Shown: piece after piece, positions 9,819 through 19,572 of the stretch
Position numbering within the stretch: position 1 is the first letter of the stretch
How the letters are laid out: the number at the start of each line of letters is the position of its first letter
Assembly: GCA_963845515.1 (NCBI GenBank)
Contig: CAWJSR010000023.1
Location: forward strand, 32,001 to 96,000
DNA length: 64,000 nucleotides
Reading direction: 5' to 3'
DNA from: an uncultured delta proteobacterium
GTDB taxonomy: Bacteria; Myxococcota; Myxococcia; Myxococcales; Anaeromyxobacteraceae
Notes under the pieces: model-generated
The model's input: the letters and a program-made list of their open reading frames with translations, nothing else
Database searches by the model: none
What the model was told of the DNA's origin: nothing
Program-made: the position numbers and the translations under genes

Positions 9819-11696
9819 ATGACGCTGGCCGTCCTCCTCGCCGCGACGCTCTGCGTCGCCCCCGCCCCGGCGGCGCGGGTCGCCTCCTCCCGGGCGATCG
9901 CGCACTACCTGGCGGCACGCCTCCTCGAGCTGCGAGGCGATCGCGACGGCGTGGTCGCCGCGCTCAGGCTGGCGGCCGCCCACGATCCGCAGAGCCCCGA
10001 GATCCGGGTGGCGCTCGCCGAGGCGCTCTCCCGCGCAGGGAGCGGGGTGGAGGCCGAGGAGCGGGCCCGCGAGGCCATCGCGCTGGGCCCCGGGACCAGC
10101 GCCGCCGCGGAGGGCTTCTCGGTGATCGGCCGGATCCGGGCCGCGCGCGGAGACTCCCTCGAGGCGACCGCCGCGCTGGAGGCCGCGCTCGGGGTCCAGC
10201 GGACGCTCGCGGTGCGGGGCGTCCCGGTCGATCCGCGGCCCTGGCGCCTCCTCGGCGAGCTCCGGCTGGCCACGGGAGACGAGCCGGCGGCGCTGGCGAT
10301 CTTCGAGGAGCTCTCCGGCAGGATGCCGGGCGAGGGCGACGGCTTCCGCCTGGTCGGCATGCTCCACGAGGATCGGGGCGACCGCTCCGGCGCCGAGCGC
10401 TGGCTGCTGCGGGCGCTCGAGGCCGATCCGACCGACGCCGACGCGCGGCGCCGCCTGGCGCGCGTCCACGAGGCGCTGCGGCGCTACCCCGAGGCGCGCG
10501 ACGACCTCGTCGCGCTGCTCCGCTTCGACCCCGACGACGAGGAGGCGCTCCTCGCGCTGGGCCGGCTCGCGCTGCGGTCCGACGACGTCGCGGCGGCGCG
10601 CGAGTGGTTCTCGCGGCTCCGGCGCACGGCCGCCGACCCCGCCGACGCCGCCCTGCGGATGGCGCTCGCGTGGCTCGACGCCGGCTTCGCCGAGGAGGGG
10701 CTGGCGGCGGCGAAGGCCGCGGAGGCAGAGGTGGGCCCCCGCCCGCGCATCCGCTTCGCCGAGGGGATCGCGCTGCAGGAGCTCCACCGCTTCCGCGAGG
10801 CCGCAGCCGTGCTCCGCCACGTTCCGCCCGACGCCGGTGAGCTCTACCTGCTGGCGCGCGATGCGCTCGCGCACTCGCTCTCCCGGGACGGCGGCCACGC
10901 CGAGGCGGAGCGTGCGCTCGAGCCGGCGCTCCAGGCGCACCCCTCCGACACGCGGCTCCTGGCGCGCCGCGCGTGGGTCCTCCAGCGGGCGGGGCGGGCC
11001 CCGGACGCGGTGACGCTCCTCCGGCGGGCGCTCGCCGAGCGCGACGCCTTGCCGTCGGATCCGACGGCCGACGCCGGGGAGCGGGAGAGCGCCGAGAGCG
11101 AGCTCCTCCAGGCGCTCGGCGAGGCGCTGGAGTGGGCGGGGCGGCCGGCCGAGGCGGTGGAGGCCCTCTCTCTCGCCGCGCAGAAGCGGCCGCGCGACGT
11201 CGACCTGCTCTATGCGCTCGGCTCGGCCTTCGATCGGGACGGGAAGCCGGAGGCGGCGCTGGCCCAGATGCGCGCCATCCTCGCCATGGATCCCGAGAAC
11301 GCCGGCGCGATGAACTTCATCGGCTACTCGCTCGCGGAGCGGGGCGAGAAGCTCGACGAGGCCGAGGCGCTCGTGCGGCGTGCGCTGGAGCAGCGGCCGC
11401 GCTCCGCGGGCTTCCTGGACTCGCTCGGCTGGATCGCGTTCAGGCGCGGCGAGCACGGCCGCGCGGCGGAGCTGCTGGAGCGGGCGGCCCGGATCGCCGG
11501 GCCGGACGCGGTGATCCTGGACCACCTGGCGGACGTCTACCGTGCGCTCCGCCGGGGCCCGGAGGCCGAGGGGGCCTGGCGCCGCGCCCTCCGGTGCGTC
11601 GCCGATCAGAACCCCGCGGAGGCGACCCGCCTCCGCGCCGCGATCGAGCGGAAGCTGCGCGGCGCGGACGCCGCGATCGCCCCTGCGGCGCCTTGA
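9819..11696 (+). CDS. Secreted tetratricopeptide repeat protein
   Basis: Signal peptide, TPRs, AMNFIGYSLAE..FLDSLGW C-terminal motif. Confidence 0.85.
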   Translation: MTLAVLLAATLCVAPAPAARVASSRAIAHYLAARLLELRGDRDGVVAALRLAAAHDPQSPEIRVALAEALSRAGSGVEAEERAREAIALGPGTSAAAEGFSVIGRIRAARGDSLEATAALEAALGVQRTLAVRGVPVDPRPWRLLGELRLATGDEPAALAIFEELSGRMPGEGDGFRLVGMLHEDRGDRSGAERWLLRALEADPTDADARRRLARVHEALRRYPEARDDLVALLRFDPDDEEALLALGRLALRSDDVAAAREWFSRLRRTAADPADAALRMALAWLDAGFAEEGLAAAKAAEAEVGPRPRIRFAEGIALQELHRFREAAAVLRHVPPDAGELYLLARDALAHSLSRDGGHAEAERALEPALQAHPSDTRLLARRAWVLQRAGRAPDAVTLLRRALAERDALPSDPTADAGERESAESELLQALGEALEWAGRPAEAVEALSLAAQKRPRDVDLLYALGSAFDRDGKPEAALAQMRAILAMDPENAGAMNFIGYSLAERGEKLDEAEALVRRALEQRPRSAGFLDSLGWIAFRRGEHGRAAELLERAARIAGPDAVILDHLADVYRALRRGPEAEGAWRRALRCVADQNPAEATRLRAAIERKLRGADAAIAPAAP

Positions 11697-11730
11697 CTAG
11701 GATGGCCACCGGGCCTAGCGTCCCGCGCGG

Positions 11731-12618
11731 ATGAGCATCCCGACCTTCCCGGCGCCGGATCGCGCGGAGCACCAGGAGGGCTTCATCTACGCGAGCGATC
11801 ACATCCGGCTCTTCTGGCAGCGCTACGTCCCACGGACGCCGCGCGCCACGGTGATCGTCCTCCATGGCGGCGGCGACCACTCCGGGCGGTACCCGGCGAT
11901 CGTCACGGCGCTGGTCCGGGAGGGGTTCGAGGCGGCCCTCGTCGACCTGCGTGGGCACGGCCAGTCCGACGGCCGCCGCTGGTACGTCGACTCCTTCGGC
12001 GACTACGTGTCGGACTTCGACGCCTTCCACGAGAAGCTGAAGCGCGAGCACCCGGACCGGCCGCGCTTCGTCGTCGCGCACAGCCAGGGGGCGCTCGTGG
12101 CGGCGCTATGGGCGATGGGGCGGGAGCACGGCGTGGGTGGGTTCGTCCTCTCCTCGCCGTTCTTCGGGTTCGCCATCCGCCCGCCGTTGCTCAAGGAGTT
12201 GGGAGCGAGGCTCGTCGGCAAGGTCGTGCCGTGGCTGCCGATCGCGACCGGGATCGACTTCGGCTCGCTGACCTCCGACGAGGAGCTGCAGGGGTGGACC
12301 GCCCGCGACCACCTCTACAGCCGCACGACCACGCCGCGCTGGTTCACCGAGTCGAAGCGGGCGCACGCCGAGGCCCTCGGCCGGGCCGGCGAGTTCAGGG
12401 CGCCGCTGCTCGTCCTGGCGGCAGGGGCGGACCCCATCGCCGACCTCTCGGCGACGCGGCGGTTCGTCGACGCCGCCGGGTCGGCAGACAAGCGACTGGC
12501 CGTGTACGATGGATTCCGACACGAGATCTTCAATGAGCGGGAGCGCGCGCGCCCGATCGGCGACGCCGTAGAATGGCTGTCCCAGCGCGCATCCGCGGCG
12601 ACCGGTGAAATGCGTTGA
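11731..12618 (+). CDS. Alpha/beta hydrolase, lysophospholipase (AgmH-like)
   Basis: HGGGDHSGRY, DLRGHG, AHSQG nucleophile, HEIFNE; upstream of bactofilins as in Myxococcus. Confidence 0.88.
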   Translation: MSIPTFPAPDRAEHQEGFIYASDHIRLFWQRYVPRTPRATVIVLHGGGDHSGRYPAIVTALVREGFEAALVDLRGHGQSDGRRWYVDSFGDYVSDFDAFHEKLKREHPDRPRFVVAHSQGALVAALWAMGREHGVGGFVLSSPFFGFAIRPPLLKELGARLVGKVVPWLPIATGIDFGSLTSDEELQGWTARDHLYSRTTTPRWFTESKRAHAEALGRAGEFRAPLLVLAAGADPIADLSATRRFVDAAGSADKRLAVYDGFRHEIFNERERARPIGDAVEWLSQRASAATGEMR

Positions 12619-12644
12619 CGTTCGCAGGAGCGGGCTTCTATCCT
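12615..12644 (+). promoter_or_regulatory. Putative sigma70 promoter of bactofilin operon
   Basis: TTGACG-18 bp-TATCCT followed by GAGGAAGG RBS. Confidence 0.55.
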
Positions 12645-12672
12645 GCCCATCGCCTCATTGAGGAAGGAAAAA

Positions 12673-13011
12673 ATGGCTGATACCAGCGGCATCATCGGGC
12701 GCGGCACGGTGGTCAAAGGAAACCTGTCGGGCTCCGGCGACGTCGTCGTGGAGGGCCAGATCGAAGGCACCGTCGCGCTCAGGGACAAGCTCACCATCGA
12801 GCAGGGTGGGAGGGTACTCGCCGACGTCGAGCTGACGGACCTCGTGGTCCACGGCCAGATGAACGGCGACATCGTCGCGGGGGATTGCGTCACCATCTCC
12901 TCGTCCGCGGCGGTGGTTGGAGACATCAAGGCCCCCCGCGTCGTCATCGAGGACGGCGCGCGGTTCAAGGGCTACATCGAGATGGAAGTTAAGCTTCCGG
13001 AGGACTTCTAG
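12673..13011 (+). CDS. bacN: Bactofilin (BacN-like)
   Basis: IIG.GT.VKG.LSG.GD..VEG.IEG beta-helix, IEDGARFKG; first of three. Confidence 0.8.
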   Translation: MADTSGIIGRGTVVKGNLSGSGDVVVEGQIEGTVALRDKLTIEQGGRVLADVELTDLVVHGQMNGDIVAGDCVTISSSAAVVGDIKAPRVVIEDGARFKGYIEMEVKLPEDF

Positions 13012-13380
13012 ATGGCAGCGATCGAAAAGGTTTCAGCGTCCCGTGGCGGCGCGCAGACGGTGATCGGCAGCTCGATCGTCATCGACGGAGAGATCTCCGG
13101 TGACGAGGACCTGGTGATCCAGGGAACGGTGAAGGGCAAGATCAGCCTGAAGGAGAGCCTCTTCGTCGAGAGCTCCGGGGTGATCGAGGCCGACATCGAG
13201 ACGGCGAACGTCGAGGTCTCCGGTCAGGTGACCGGGAACATCGGCGCGAGCGACAAGGTCGAGCTGAAGACGGACTGCAAGGTCGTCGGCGACATCCGCG
13301 CGCCGCGCATCCTCATCGCCGACGGCGCCATCTTCAAGGGCAACGTCGACATGGACGTCAAGGAAAGCAGGGGTAAGTAG
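13012..13380 (+). CDS. bacO: Bactofilin (BacO-like)
   Basis: Bactofilin domain VIGSSIVIDGEISGDEDL...IADGAIFKG. Confidence 0.8.
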   Translation: MAAIEKVSASRGGAQTVIGSSIVIDGEISGDEDLVIQGTVKGKISLKESLFVESSGVIEADIETANVEVSGQVTGNIGASDKVELKTDCKVVGDIRAPRILIADGAIFKGNVDMDVKESRGK

Positions 13381-13382
13381 CC

Positions 13383-13931
13383 GTGGCGACCCTCGACGGT
13401 AGCACCATCATCGGCGAATCGATCCTCATCAACGGGAGCCTCTCGGGCGACGAGGACCTGACGGTCCGCGGCCGCGTCGAGGGGACCGTGACGCTCACCA
13501 AGACGCTCGTCGTCGAGCCGACCGGCATCGTCAAGGCCGAGGTCCAGGTCCGCAACTGCGTGATCTCGGGCGTCGTCGTCGGCAACGTCACGGCCACCGA
13601 GAGCGTCGAGATCACCCGCGAAGGGCGGATGATCGGCGACATCAACGCTCCCCGCGTCATCATCGTCGACGGCGCCAGCTTCCGCGGCCGCGTCGACATG
13701 GGCGAGGTGGACGTCGGTGGCGAGCGCCCCGCGCGCCCGGCGGCCATCGCCCGCACCGTCCCCACGGCGCGTCCTGTGCTCTCCCGCCCCTCGGTCCCGA
13801 TGGCGCGTCCCGCCGCGAAGATCGAGAAGAGGGAGGAGAAGGGCGCATCCGCTCCCCCGAAGCCTCCGGCGCCTCCCGCGCCGGTCGCCATGGGCGCGGT
13901 CAAGAAGAAGGTCGTCGTGAAGCGCAAGTAG
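13383..13931 (+). CDS. bacP: Bactofilin with Pro/Lys-rich tail (BacP-like)
   Basis: Bactofilin domain plus disordered tail ending KKKVVVKRK. Confidence 0.82.
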   Translation: MATLDGSTIIGESILINGSLSGDEDLTVRGRVEGTVTLTKTLVVEPTGIVKAEVQVRNCVISGVVVGNVTATESVEITREGRMIGDINAPRVIIVDGASFRGRVDMGEVDVGGERPARPAAIARTVPTARPVLSRPSVPMARPAAKIEKREEKGASAPPKPPAPPAPVAMGAVKKKVVVKRK

Positions 13932-13950
13932 CGCTTCACGGCTGCCAGTC

Positions 13951-14676
13951 GTGGAGCTCGAGCCTCGCACCACGGCGCCTCGTCACGCGACGGGCGCCGT
14001 GGAGTACGTCCCGCTCGACGACATCGCCGAGGACGTCACCTTCCGCCTCCGGGAGGAAGGTGAGGTCTCGGCGCTCGCCGCATCGCTGGGGCGCCTCGGC
14101 CAGCTGGTGCCAGTAGAGTTGCGCCCACTGCCGGGCGCGGCCTCCGACGGCCCGCGCTACCAGCTCGTGGCGGGCTTCCGCCGCGTCGAGGCGCTCCGCT
14201 GCCTGCTGCGCGACCGCGTGCTGGCGCGCGTCCATCCCGAGCTGTCCGACGAGGACGCGTGGGCCATCGCGCTCTGCGAGGCGCTGCTCCGCGAGCCGCT
14301 CGACGGCGCGGCGCTGGACGCGCTCCGCGCGCGGCTGGCCGAAGTCCGCTCCGCCTCATGGGCCGACGAGCTGATCGACGAGGCGCGCGTCCGGGCGCCG
14401 GTCGCGGCGGAGCAGCGGGAGGCCTTCTTCGCCTGGCTGAGCGGCGAGCCGCCTCCCGAGGCGCCCGGCGAGCCGGCCGAGGAGGGGGCGACCATAGAGG
14501 TCACGCCCGAGCAGCTGGCTGCGGAGCTCTCCTCGAGCATGTACGAGGTGAACGCGGACCTCGCCCTCGCCTTCGAGTCCTGGGAGCACTTGCCTCCCGA
14601 GGGGCGCCGCGCCATCGTCGAGCAGGCGCGCTACGTTGCGGCCCTCCTGCCGCACCTGAAAGTCGACGAGGAGTGA
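13951..14676 (+). CDS. padC: ParB/Srx-like protein PadC
   Basis: GQLVPV...YQLVAGFRR ParB N-terminal motif, no HTH evident, directly after bacNOP. Confidence 0.75.
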   Translation: MELEPRTTAPRHATGAVEYVPLDDIAEDVTFRLREEGEVSALAASLGRLGQLVPVELRPLPGAASDGPRYQLVAGFRRVEALRCLLRDRVLARVHPELSDEDAWAIALCEALLREPLDGAALDALRARLAEVRSASWADELIDEARVRAPVAAEQREAFFAWLSGEPPPEAPGEPAEEGATIEVTPEQLAAELSSSMYEVNADLALAFESWEHLPPEGRRAIVEQARYVAALLPHLKVDEE

Positions 14677-14680
14677 TGGA

Positions 14681-15319
14681 ATGAGCCTGGAAGCCGATCG
14701 GAGCCGACTCCTGGAGATCCTGCGGACGCTCTCCTTCGAGCGGCGCAAGGTGATCCTCGCCTCGGGGCGCGAGAGCGACTTCTACATCGACTGCAAGAGG
14801 ACGGCGCTCACCGCGGAGGGGCACGTCCTCGTCGGCCGCCTCCTCTTCGACCGGGTGAAGCAGCTCCGGCCGCTCGTCCGCGGCGTGGGCGGGCTGACGC
14901 TCGGCGCCGATCCCATCGCGAGCGCCATCGCCCTGACCAGCTTCCTCGAGTACGAGCGCATGCGAACGCAGGGGCAGCCGGCGGAGGCTGCCCCGGAGGG
15001 AGCGGGGGGTCCGGGGGGGCTGTATCCCCCCGGTACGGTGGACGCGTTCATCGTCAGGAAGGAACCGAAGGGTCACGGCACCGGCCAGTGGATCGAGGGG
15101 CGCAAGACCATCCCGGACGGCAGCCGCGTCGTCGTGCTGGAGGACGTGGTCACCACGGGAGGCAGCGCGCTCAAGGCGATCGAGCGCTGCCGCGCCGAGC
15201 AGCTCGTCCCGGTCGCGTGCCTCGCGCTGGTCGATCGCGCGGAGGGCGGCCGGGAGGCGATCGAGGCGCAGGGCGTCCCCCTGCAGGCGCTCTTCGAGCG
15301 CAAGGACTTCATCGCATGA
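14681..15319 (+). CDS. pyrE: Orotate phosphoribosyltransferase (with ~25-aa insertion)
   Basis: LASGRESDFY, VRKEPKGHG, LEDVVTTGGS PRPP motif. Confidence 0.95.
   Translation: MSLEADRSRLLEILRTLSFERRKVILASGRESDFYIDCKRTALTAEGHVLVGRLLFDRVKQLRPLVRGVGGLTLGADPIASAIALTSFLEYERMRTQGQPAEAAPEGAGGPGGLYPPGTVDAFIVRKEPKGHGTGQWIEGRKTIPDGSRVVVLEDVVTTGGSALKAIERCRAEQLVPVACLALVDRAEGGREAIEAQGVPLQALFERKDFIA
14951..15035. repeat. Double-hairpin palindromic element in frame inside pyrE
   Basis: ggggcagcc/ggctgcccc (14971-14994) and ccgggggg/ccccccgg (15011-15033). Confidence 0.65.
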
Positions 15320-15936
15320 TCGCGCGCCCGCAAGCCCTGGGGCTCGCCCTCCTCCTCGCGGGCTGCGGGATGCTGCCGCACGCGCCGGTCCCGCAGGTCC
15401 AGGAGGGGACGTGGCCCGAGGAGCGCGACGCGGCCACCCGCCACACCGATCTCTACGACGGCTTCGAGCACCGCGCCGACCTCTGGACGATCAGGCTCAC
15501 GCCGGCGGTGCGCGAAGAGCGTGCCCGGCGGCTCGCAGCCTGGCTCCACTGGACCTCGGCCGAGCTGGAGGCGAAGCTGGCGGAGGAGCTCGACACGGGG
15601 GCGAAGTGGGACGAGTTCGTCGTCTTCCTCTACACGGCCGACCGGAAGTGGAACGACCTCGACGCCCCGGAGAGCATCTGGCGGATCGAGTTCGACCTGG
15701 GTGGTGGTGAGGCGGTCATCGGCCGGGCGAAGTCCCTGGAGCGGAACGCGACCTTCGAGGCGCTGTTCCCCATGGGAGGGGCGTTCGACACCGCCTACCT
15801 GCTGAGCTTCCCGCGCGGTGACACGGAGCAGCTCGCTCCGACCGGCGTGCTCCGCTTCGCCAGCGCCCTGGGCGAGATGCGGCTCCCGTACACGCCCGGC
15901 GCGAAGCCTGTGCCGGCCCCGCGCCCCGCGGACTAG
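15316..15936 (+). CDS. Hypothetical lipoprotein
   Basis: Lipobox LLAGC; ATGA overlap with pyrE. Confidence 0.75.
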   Translation: MIARPQALGLALLLAGCGMLPHAPVPQVQEGTWPEERDAATRHTDLYDGFEHRADLWTIRLTPAVREERARRLAAWLHWTSAELEAKLAEELDTGAKWDEFVVFLYTADRKWNDLDAPESIWRIEFDLGGGEAVIGRAKSLERNATFEALFPMGGAFDTAYLLSFPRGDTEQLAPTGVLRFASALGEMRLPYTPGAKPVPAPRPAD

Positions 15937-15946
15937 GTTTCGAGGT

Positions 15947-15987
15947 CTCCCTCACCCTTTCCCTCTCCCTCAATGAGGGAGAGGGGA
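15947..15987. repeat. REP-like palindromic repeat between convergent genes
   Basis: ctccctcaccctttccctctccctcaatgagggagagggga. Confidence 0.8.
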
Positions 15988-16001
15988 TCGCGCGAGGAGT
16001 G

Positions 16002-17609
16002 CTACTCGACGTCGCCGTTGGACACGACCGTGTCCTTGAGCCACCTGTCGTCGGGCTTCGGGTAGTCGAGCAGGTAGTGGAGCCCGCGCGACTCCTTGCG
16101 GCGGAGCGCGCACTCGACGACCAGCATGCCCACGTCGGCCAGGTTGCGCAGCTCCACGAGGTCCGGCGTGAGCTTGTACTGCCAGTAGTACTCACGGATC
16201 TCGTTGCGGAGCATCCGGATCCGCGCGCGGGCCCGCTCGAGCCGCTTCTCGGTCCGGACGATCCCCACGTAGTTCCACATGACGCGCCGGAGCTCGTCCC
16301 AGTTGTGCGCGACAACGACCCCCTCCTCGGGGTCGAGCGCGTCGCCGACGTTCCAGTCGGGGATCTGCGCGGAGGACTCCGGGACGGAGCCCAGCTGCTC
16401 GACGGCGTGCAGCGCCGCCCGGCGGCCGAAGACGAGGGCCTCGAGGAGCGAGTTGGAGGCGAGCCGGTTTGCCCCGTGCAGGCCCGTGCAGGAGGTCTCG
16501 CCCGCTGCGTAGAGGCGGGGGATCGAGGTGCGCCCGGTGAGGTCCGTCAGGACGCCGCCGCACATGTAGTGGGCCGCCGGCACCACGGGGATCGGCTGGA
16601 CCGCCATGTCGATCCCGAACTCCTTGCACGTGGCGTAGATGTTCGGGAAGTGCTCGAGCAGGAACGCCTTCGGAAGGTGGCTCATGTCGAGGTAGGCGCA
16701 GTCGTCGCCGCGCCGCTTGGTCTCTGCGTCGATGGAGCGGGCCACGATGTCGCGTGGCGCCAGCTCCTTGCGCGGGTCGTAGCGGGCCATGAAGGCCTCG
16801 CCCCCCGCGTTGCGCAGGATCCCGCCCTCGCCCCGGAGCGCCTCGGAGATGAGGAAGCTCTTCGCCTGCGGGTGAAAGAGGCAGGTGGGGTGGAACTGGA
16901 AGAACTCCATGTTGGCGATGGCGGCTCCGGCCCGGTAGGCCATCGCGACGCCGTCGCCCGTCGCCACGTCGGGGTTCGACGTGAACAGGTAGACCTTCCC
17001 GCCGCCTCCAGTCGCGAGGAGCGTGACGCGAGCCTCCACGGTCGAGATGTTCCCGGTCTCCCGGTCGAGGACGTACGCGCCGAGCGCCGCGTTGGGCCCC
17101 GCCAGGCCGACCTTGCCGGCGGTGATGACGTCGATCGCGACGGCGTCCTCGACGATCCGGATGCCGCGCGCCTCGCAGGCGGCGAGCAGGGTCCGCTCCA
17201 CCTCGCGTCCGGAGGTGTCCTTCGCGTGCGCGACCCGCCTCCTTGAGTGCCCCCCCTCACGGGTGAGGTGAAGCCGCTCAGGCCCCTCCCGGTCCAGCTC
17301 GATACCGAGCGACTGGAGCCAGCGGATCCGGTCCGGCCCCTCCCTCACCGTCACCTCGACTGCGTCGCGCCTGCAGAGCCCCGCGCCCGCTACGAGCGTG
17401 TCCTGTATGTGGAGGTCGAAGTCGTCGTCCGGGCCCAGGACTGCGGCTACGCCCCCCTGTGCGTAGTGGGTCGAGCCCTCGAAGCGCTGGCGCTTGGTGA
17501 GGACCATGACCGAGCCGCGGTCGGCGGCGTGCAGGGCGAACGAGAGACCGGCGGCGCCGCCGCCAAGGACAAGGAAGTCGACCTTCTCGCGACTCTGGAG
17601 CGCGGACAT
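16002..17609 (-). CDS. nadB: L-aspartate oxidase
   Basis: YAQGG, EGGHS..RVAH, QFHPT, LISEALRGEG, LHGANRLASNSLLE, ESRGLHY. Confidence 0.95.
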   Translation of the reverse strand: MSALQSREKVDFLVLGGGAAGLSFALHAADRGSVMVLTKRQRFEGSTHYAQGGVAAVLGPDDDFDLHIQDTLVAGAGLCRRDAVEVTVREGPDRIRWLQSLGIELDREGPERLHLTREGGHSRRRVAHAKDTSGREVERTLLAACEARGIRIVEDAVAIDVITAGKVGLAGPNAALGAYVLDRETGNISTVEARVTLLATGGGGKVYLFTSNPDVATGDGVAMAYRAGAAIANMEFFQFHPTCLFHPQAKSFLISEALRGEGGILRNAGGEAFMARYDPRKELAPRDIVARSIDAETKRRGDDCAYLDMSHLPKAFLLEHFPNIYATCKEFGIDMAVQPIPVVPAAHYMCGGVLTDLTGRTSIPRLYAAGETSCTGLHGANRLASNSLLEALVFGRRAALHAVEQLGSVPESSAQIPDWNVGDALDPEEGVVVAHNWDELRRVMWNYVGIVRTEKRLERARARIRMLRNEIREYYWQYKLTPDLVELRNLADVGMLVVECALRRKESRGLHYLLDYPKPDDRWLKDTVVSNGDVE

Positions 17610-17681
17610 GCGACTTGATGTAGCACACGGTGCGAAGGAAAGTTGTCGTCAACCCGCCGCCCCTGCTAGCTTTCCCTGAAC

Positions 17682-18305
17682 ATGTCCCGGTGGTCGAAGC
17701 TCCGGCTAGCAGCCGCGGCGCTTGCGGTCGTCCCCCTGCTCGCGCAGGCGGGAGACCTCTACTCGTACGTGGACGCGGACGGGGTGCTCCATTTCTCCAA
17801 CGCGCCGAGCGACGGCAAGTTCCGCAAGGTGACGCGGGCCAACGACGTCGCCGGCGTCTACAGGGCCCCGCCGGCAGCCCGGAGCCGACAGGTCCGCAGC
17901 GGCTCGGCGCAGTCGGCGTGGACCGGGGTGGTGCGTGACGCGGCCACCACCCACAACCTCCCCGAGGCGCTCATCCTCGCGGTCATCGCCGTCGAGTCCA
18001 ACTTCGATCCGCGGGCCGTCTCCGAGAAGGGCGCGGCCGGGCTCATGCAGCTCATGCCCGGCACCGCGCGGGAGATGTACGTCGCCGACGTCTTCGATCC
18101 CGAGCAGAACATCCACGGCGGCACGCGCTACCTCCGCCTGCTCGCGAACCAGTACGGGGGGGACATGGTCCGCATGCTGGCGGCCTACAACGCCGGGCCC
18201 GACGCCGTGCGCCGCGCCGGCGGGGCCGTCCCGAACATCCCGGAGACGCGCGAGTACGTCCGCAAGGTCGTCGCGCTCTACCGCGCCTACAAGGCGGGGC
18301 GGTGA
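17682..18305 (+). CDS. Lytic transglycosylase (SLT domain, N-terminal DUF4124-like)
   Basis: VESNF, GAAGLMQLMP, AAYNAG, ETREYV. Confidence 0.92.
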   Translation: MSRWSKLRLAAAALAVVPLLAQAGDLYSYVDADGVLHFSNAPSDGKFRKVTRANDVAGVYRAPPAARSRQVRSGSAQSAWTGVVRDAATTHNLPEALILAVIAVESNFDPRAVSEKGAAGLMQLMPGTAREMYVADVFDPEQNIHGGTRYLRLLANQYGGDMVRMLAAYNAGPDAVRRAGGAVPNIPETREYVRKVVALYRAYKAGR

Positions 18306-18309
18306 GCCG

Positions 18310-19572
18310 GTGATTCGGGCTGGGGGGGACGACGAGGTAGAAGGGCTCGACGAGGAGTTCCTCTTCCACCTGAGGCGAGGGTCGGACCTCCTCGGGCGCG
18401 GCGACGCGGAGGGGGCGCGGGCGTCCCTCGAGCGCGCGCGCGAGTTCCGGCCCAAGGACGGCAAGGTGCTGGGCCTGCTCGGGCAGGCGTACCACAAGCT
18501 CAACCGCTTCGACGAAGCGGCCGACGTCTGGCACCGCGTGGTGGACGACAACCCGGTGGAGCCGGCCGCGCGCGTCAACTTCGGCCTCTCCTGCCTCAAG
18601 GCCCGGCGGTACCCCGAGGCGATCAAGCAGCTCGAGATCGCGGTGGACCTCAACCCGGACCACCGCAAGGCGATGGGGTATCTCGGGCTCGCGTACATGG
18701 AGGCCGGCTATCCCGCCGAGGCACGGGGCTGGTTCGTCAAGGCGGGGAGCGGCCACATGGCGGCCCGCTGTGACGAGATGATCGCCAAGGGCGAGGTGAG
18801 CAGGCCCGAGCCGCCAGCGCAGCGCAAGCCGGCAGCGTCGGCGCCGGCGCCGGCGAGGAAGGCGGAGCGGACGGCCGAGCCGCCCTACGCCAGCGCGGCG
18901 ATCCCCACGGCGGTGGCGCCCGGCAGCGGCCTCGGCGCGTGGGTCGACTCGCACCTCGTCCGCCCGACCGGCGACGAGACCTTCGCGGTGCAGGGGGACA
19001 CGCTGGTGGTGACGGTCAAGGGCACGACGCGCTGCCGGCTCGACGGGCTCTTCGCGCAGAAGGGGGCGCTGCAGCTCGCGCCCGAGATGAAGCGCTTCCG
19101 CGGGAAGGCCACCGAGAAGACGTTCGGCCAGGGCGCGAGCCAGATGCGCCGCGTCTCCGGCGACGGCCTGCTGCTCGTGCGCGCCAGGGGGCGGTGCTTC
19201 ACCGCGCTCGACCTCGGCGGCGAGTCGGGGTACTTCCGCGAGGAGGCGGTCTTCGGCCTCGAGGAGGGGATCGGCTTCGAGAACGGCCGCGTGCCCTCCC
19301 GCCTCCAGGCCGAGCTCAACCTGGTCCACCTGAAGGGGCGCGGCCGGTTCCTCGTGGTCAGCCGCGGCGAGCCGGTCACGGTCGACGTCGGCGCGGACCA
19401 GCCCGTGAGCGTCCCGCTCGCCGCGCTCGTGGGCTGGACCGGGAACCTGACGCCGCGGCTCGCGAACCTCTCCGACGGCGGCGACGGCGACGGCGACGGC
19501 CAGATCGCGGTAGAGCTCTCCGGCGAAGGCCGGGCGATCACCGATCCCGGCGCAACCGAGGAGCAAGCTTGA
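18310..19572 (+). CDS. TPR + AIM24-like domain protein
   Basis: N-terminal TPRs, linker, AIM24-like region (FENGRV, LVHLKGRG). Confidence 0.7.
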   Translation: MIRAGGDDEVEGLDEEFLFHLRRGSDLLGRGDAEGARASLERAREFRPKDGKVLGLLGQAYHKLNRFDEAADVWHRVVDDNPVEPAARVNFGLSCLKARRYPEAIKQLEIAVDLNPDHRKAMGYLGLAYMEAGYPAEARGWFVKAGSGHMAARCDEMIAKGEVSRPEPPAQRKPAASAPAPARKAERTAEPPYASAAIPTAVAPGSGLGAWVDSHLVRPTGDETFAVQGDTLVVTVKGTTRCRLDGLFAQKGALQLAPEMKRFRGKATEKTFGQGASQMRRVSGDGLLLVRARGRCFTALDLGGESGYFREEAVFGLEEGIGFENGRVPSRLQAELNLVHLKGRGRFLVVSRGEPVTVDVGADQPVSVPLAALVGWTGNLTPRLANLSDGGDGDGDGQIAVELSGEGRAITDPGATEEQA

